Shown here piece after piece: positions 57,199-64,000 of a DNA stretch of 64,000 bases. A program made the position numbers and the translations under genes. The stretch is from the human T2T-CHM13v2.0 reference genome, Homo sapiens. The notes below the pieces were generated by a model. The model did not search any database. It saw nothing but the letters and a program-made list of their open reading frames with translations, and was not told the DNA's origin. The stretch is taken from NCBI RefSeq assembly GCF_009914755.1, contig NC_060935.1. The stretch is one strand, 5' to 3'. Position 1 is the first letter of the stretch. Every line of letters begins with the position of its first letter.

Positions 57199-58191
57199 GT
57201 AAGTGCTGCGTCTTAGGGTCCTTGGTTGTGGTTGCTGAGGATAAAGTAGATGACATCATGTGAAAAGCAGGGCTTTGTTTTCAGAGTCAGGGAGGGCATT
57301 CTGACCACTTAACAAAGCCAATAGGTCTTTGCTACAATTTGCTTCATCCTTGGCTTCCAGCCTGGACACAGAGATGACCTTCAGAGGGAACATCAGTCCA
57401 GAGAGACTCAGATACTACAGGGAAAGGAGCAGCAGAAAAAGCTGAAAAGGCTTTGTTGTTTTCCCAGAGTACAGCTAGTTCTCTGATTAAATCCCTTGCG
57501 AGCTCTTGTAATATGACTACTCTGTTTTGTCTGTTTTCTGTGTGGCAGCCATCCAATAAGATTTCCCCTCCCTGCTCCTTTTTACAGACTGTATGGGTCA
57601 TGGATTGGAAATGCATGTTATTTCCTTTCCCCATTTTCTTCTTTCAAGGCAGATTAGCTTATCTCTTGCCTGAAGCTTCAGTTTTCAACAAGAGTATATA
57701 GGAAAATTGAGGAAACATCAACACATCAAAAGAAAAATCTTAGTGATAAGTATATGTGGTGGACATTAATTTTCTTTATTGAATAAATGCAATTGCCAGG
57801 TTATGACCCAAAATTTTAGAGCCAAGCTGACTTTTCTGCAGACTTCTGTTAGATTATCGAGATAGACAGCTCATAGGATAGTACATGTTTGCACCTTCAG
57901 TGTATATAATTGCAGTATTTATTTATTTATATGTTTTCAGATGTGCTGCTTTATTTCTAAAAAAAAAATAACCACTTTGAAGCTAGAAAAAATATATTGG
58001 GTGCCTTTTGGTGCTCATTTGCCTGTGTCTAGTACATGAGAAAGTAAAACATTGGCTTACCTCAGTAATCTGTTGATAAAGGTGTAATTAGAGTTCTCTG
58101 GTTAGTCAGAACATGTCTTAATAATAAATTTGGTCTTGTGTAGCTCCAGCGCTAAATAGAAGAATGCTGACCATATCTTTGTGCCTGGCAG

Positions 58192-58332
58192 GTGTGATAA
58201 AGAAATCAAAGTTTCCTACACGGTGTACAACAGACTGTCATTGCTGCTGAAGTCCCTTCTTGCTATAACTAGGGTGACACCAGCCTATAGGCTCTCCAGG
58301 AAACAAGGGCATGAATATGTCATATTATACAG
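58192..58332 (+). CDS. ATG13: ATG13 coding exon 5, (K)[46 protein letters not shown](R); gene continues past the right edge
   Basis: cctggcag|GTGT ... TACAG|gtaaac, 141 nt, phase 2-2. Contains the [19 protein letters not shown] motif. Cumulative CDS is 458 nt. Confidence 0.96.
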
Positions 58333-58639
58333 GTAAACAGCATAGATGGTCATCTTGATTCACTCATCAACCCCCTCACTTTGTACATTGTCTGGCATTT
58401 AGATGTTCTGTGATGATGTTTTGGACAGTTGGTTGGTTTGTTGGATTATTGATGCTGTCGCTTTCATGTGATCACTATCCAGCCTGCCTTATGAACCTCA
58501 CCCTTCCAAAGCCACCAGGTTTATTATCCTTTTCTATATGCACAATCGTGATTCCTGTGGAATGGATGTTGAGGTCCTAGTGATAAACATCTTAGAGCTA
58601 GGGAAGGAAGTCAAGAGTTTTATTTATTTATTTATTTAG

Positions 58640-58855
<216 letters not shown>

Positions 58856-59089
58856 TGATCTGCCTGCCTCAGCCTCCCAAAGTGCTGGGATTATAGGTGT
58901 GAGCCACGGCACCCGGCCTGGAAGTCAAGACTTTGAAAAACAGTCTATACTGGGAAGATTCCACAGTTTTCTGTATTCCAGGGTTAAATTAAAACTTTGT
59001 CTAACAAACTGTTAACTCAGTTTAAGTTTTTAATTAGTTGTCTGTGGATATAAAGAATGGGTCAACAGAGTATTTTCCTTGGAGCATTT

Positions 59090-59560
59090 CACCTCAGCAC
59101 ATTTATTGAGCACCTTTTTAGTGCAAGCATTGTGCCAGGAGAACTTAAGAACTATACAGAGGCCCAGCATTAGAGGTGGTTTAATGTAGTGAGGAAAACA
59201 ATTTGATACATGTATAATTACTTTTAAAAAGCAGGATTTGAAAACTGCAAACCAGAATCAGGAAAAAAAGGTACTGAGAGAATATAGAAAGATAAAATTT
59301 GTTCTGGTTGGTAAACAGTGCAGTTCTTATGAAGGAAGTAGCATTCAAGCTAGCCTATTAGGGAAAGAGAATTTGAGCTGGTAAAAGTGAGGGAGAATAA
59401 TTATTCCAGATGGAGAGTTCAGCAGCTAGCAAGGCACAGAAGTGGAGGGCAGGGTCAGAGCTCTGCTCAGATTGTCAGATGAACCAGAGTGGTGGAGTAG
59501 AGGGTATGTAGCAAAGTGTGAGAGAAGAGCTTGGAATGCTGGGGTCCCAAATCTACCAAA
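59090..59560 (-). mobile_element. L2 3'-end relic
   Basis: CAGCACATTTATTGAGCACC...CATTGTGCCAGG and purine-rich L2-type text. Confidence 0.65.
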
Positions 59561-60410
59561 GATGCCTTTCTTTTGTATTTAGTGATAAGCCATTGGTTTA
59601 AGCCTTTGCCTTACATGTATAGAGCTGATTTTTAGACGAATAGTATAGCAAGATAGAGGGACCAAAGGAGGAGAGACTTATCTAGTTCTGTTGAAATAAT
59701 CCGGTACCTGAGAATAGTTGTCATTTCCTTTAACTTTCTTAGCAATATCCTAGCAAGCCTAACCATGTCTATTTTTCTAGGTCTTTAATAAATTTTTGCC
59801 GTCTTCTCCGTAGTCTTCTGGTTTCAAGTTGTTTTATTTGAAAATTGCTAGACTTCTATTGAGATATATTAGAAAGATACCCTACTAAAATCATCGGCTT
59901 AGTTACCTAGGACTGCTAGTCCTTTTCATACCAGTGTTTAAAGTGTTCCTTTATTAGGTATCTCTGGAGTAATCATTACTGCTCACAGGGGCCGGACGCA
60001 CGGCTGTAATCCCAGCACTTTGAGAGGCTGAGGTGGGTGGTCACTTGAGGTTAGGAGTTCGAGACAAGCCTGACAACATAGCGAAACACTGTCTCTACTA
60101 AAAATACAAAAAATTAGCTGGGCAGGGTGGCACGCTCCTGTAATCCCAGCTACTCGGGAGGCTGAGGCATGAGAATCACTTGAACCCAGGAGGCGGAGGT
60201 TGCAGGGAACCAAGATCACACCACTGCACTCCAGCCTGGGTGACAGGGCTATACTGTATCTCAAAAAAACCCAAACAAACTAGTGCTGCTCACAGGATGT
60301 TGATCATTTAGGAGTGCTTTTGGATACAAATAACTGTAGCTTAGATCTAGAGATGTGGGTGATCTCAGAGGTAGACTTGGCTTTTCCACCTGCTTTTTAT
60401 ACTGTTGTTA

Positions 60411-60581
<171 letters not shown>

Positions 60582-60903
60582 TTAGCCAGGTGTGGTGGTT
60601 CACATCTGTAGTCCCAGCTACTCAGGAGGCTGAGGGAGGATTGCTTGGGTCCAGAAGGTCAAGGCTTCAGTGAGCCATGATCACACCACTGCACTCCAGC
60701 CTGGGTGACAGAGCAAGACTCTGTCTCAAAAAAATACACATTGCCAAGAAAAAGTTTAGCAAATTTTAAGCACTGTATCAGTATTTACATGAATAGTGAA
60801 CTGCCTGAGTCTCAGCTTCTTGTTAAAGGCCTTAAAGGGTATTTACTTAGCAAGATCTCTTTTACCAACACTTTATTAACATTGTTCCTATATTACTTTA
60901 TGG

Positions 60904-61111
60904 CAGGAGTCACTAAACTATGGTCAGCCGACCATCTGCTTGTTTTTATAAAAAAAGTTTTTTTAGGACACAGCCATCCCCTTTGTTTACATATTGTCTA
61001 TGGCTACTTTTGCAATACAACAGAAAGCTGAGTATTTGTTATAGCCTATACGGCCCACAATCTTAAAATAGTTACCATTTGGTCCTTTACAGAAAGGTTT
61101 GCTGATCCCTG
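60904..61111. mobile_element. MER58A-like hAT-Charlie non-autonomous DNA transposon
   Basis: Degenerate TIRs CAGGAGTCACTAAAC ... GTTTGCTGATCCCTG. Internal TTTACATATTGTCTATGGCTACTTT. Confidence 0.8.
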
Positions 61112-61369
61112 CTTTTTTAGTATCTTTTGTCTGTCGTATCTGTAGTACTTTTGTGCTTTGTATTTCAGATATTTACATACATTTCATTTCTTTTCTTTTT
61201 TTTTTTTTTTTTGAGGTGGAGTCTTGCTCACCTAGGCTGTGCAGTGGCACGATTTTGGCTCACTGCAACCTCCACCTCCTTGGTTCAAGTGATTGTCGTG
61301 CCTCAGCCTTCCAAGTAGCTGGGATTAATAGGCATGCACCACCACGCCTGGCTAATTTTTGTATTTTAA

Positions 61370-61522
<153 letters not shown>

Positions 61523-61525
61523 TAA

Positions 61526-61789
<264 letters not shown>

Positions 61790-62293
61790 TAGCCAGGATG
61801 GTCTCGATCTCCTGACCTCATGATCCACCCGCCTCAGACTCCCAAAGTGCTGGGATTACAGGCGTGAGCCACCGCGCCTGGCGAAGCTTCTTCATACATT
61901 GTTGGAGCTTAGTATTTATTGAATAAACCCATGTGTATATTTAATTTTAACAATATTACTTGAAAAATATGAAAATAGATTTTAGGTATTTTGAATTCAA
62001 ACTTTTTGCTAATATAGACTGGCCTGTCCAGGGAGAATCATAGGAAGGTTCCACTGTGTTTATGTTTTTATTTTTTTTTTTCAGAATAGTCTTACCTAGT
62101 TCATTATTCCACGGTGGAAAAGATTTCCTGCTTTGTTAAGCCATCTACTTAGAGATTTCTTCATGGCCAGGCACAGTTGGCTCACACCTGTAATCCCAGC
62201 ACTTTGGGAGGCTGAGGTGGGAGGATTGCTTGAGCCCCGGAGTTTCAGACCAGCCTGGGTCACATGGCAAGACCTCATCACTACTATTTTTAA

Positions 62294-62325
<32 letters not shown>

Positions 62326-62398
62326 GTAAAAGAGAGCTTCCCACAACTAAAGACCACTTATCAAACTCTAGTACATTCTGGTCAGGTATGGTGGCTCA

Positions 62399-62566
<168 letters not shown>

Positions 62567-62574
62567 CTATACTA

Positions 62575-62796
<222 letters not shown>

Positions 62797-62815
62797 CTAC
62801 CAAAAATTATTTTTA

Positions 62816-63200
<385 letters not shown>

Positions 63201-63267
63201 TCAGGAGATCGAAACCATCCTGGCTAACACGGCGAAAACCCGTCTCTACTAAAAATACAAAAAATTA

Positions 63268-63474
<207 letters not shown>

Positions 63475-63744
63475 CTACTTGGGAGGCTGAGGTAGGAGAA
63501 TCGCTTGAACCCAGGAGGCTGGAGGTTGCAGTGAGCCGAGATCATGCCACTGCACTGCAGCCTGGGTGACAGAGCAAGACTCCGTCTCAAACAAAACAAA
63601 ACAAAACAAAACCAGTGCCTTCTAGTAGCAATCCTAGACCTGTTGGCCACTTTTATTTATATATTCTTTATTTCTCAGTAGGTATAATTTTAAAATACAT
63701 TTTAGTAGCAGAGAGAAGAAACTTAAATAGCAGTTTCCACTTAA

Positions 63745-63999
<255 letters not shown>

Positions 64000-64000
64000 T

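Overview
This is Alu-dense primate DNA, recognisable as the human AMBRA1-HARBI1-ATG13 locus (11p11.2). It holds: (i) the CpG island and non-coding first exon of AMBRA1 (- strand, ~1.9-2.2 kb); (ii) the complete HARBI1 gene (- strand, 3 exons), whose CDS 24275-23606 + 11948-11569 is 1050 nt and encodes a 349-aa domesticated PIF/Harbinger transposase with acidic residues D149/D199/D225/E261; (iii) a CpG-island bidirectional promoter shared by HARBI1 and ATG13; (iv) the 5' part of ATG13 (+ strand), with two 5'UTR exons and five coding exons covering codons 1-153 of the HORMA domain. Roughly half the window is Alu, with L1, L2, MIR, LTR and MER58 relics, and almost all other ORF-track entries are Alu artefacts. 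I found no new gene system. The best lead is a possible translational switch: a 56-nt exon built from a fossil Alu monomer (FAM) decides whether an exon-1 uORF stops before, or overlaps, the ATG13 start codon. Other leads are an in-frame 99-nt cryptic exon aimed at the HARBI1 catalytic core, triple uORFs in the HARBI1 leader, and an unexplained 3'UTR-like retrocopy fragment. Repeat boundaries and family names are by eye and approximate.
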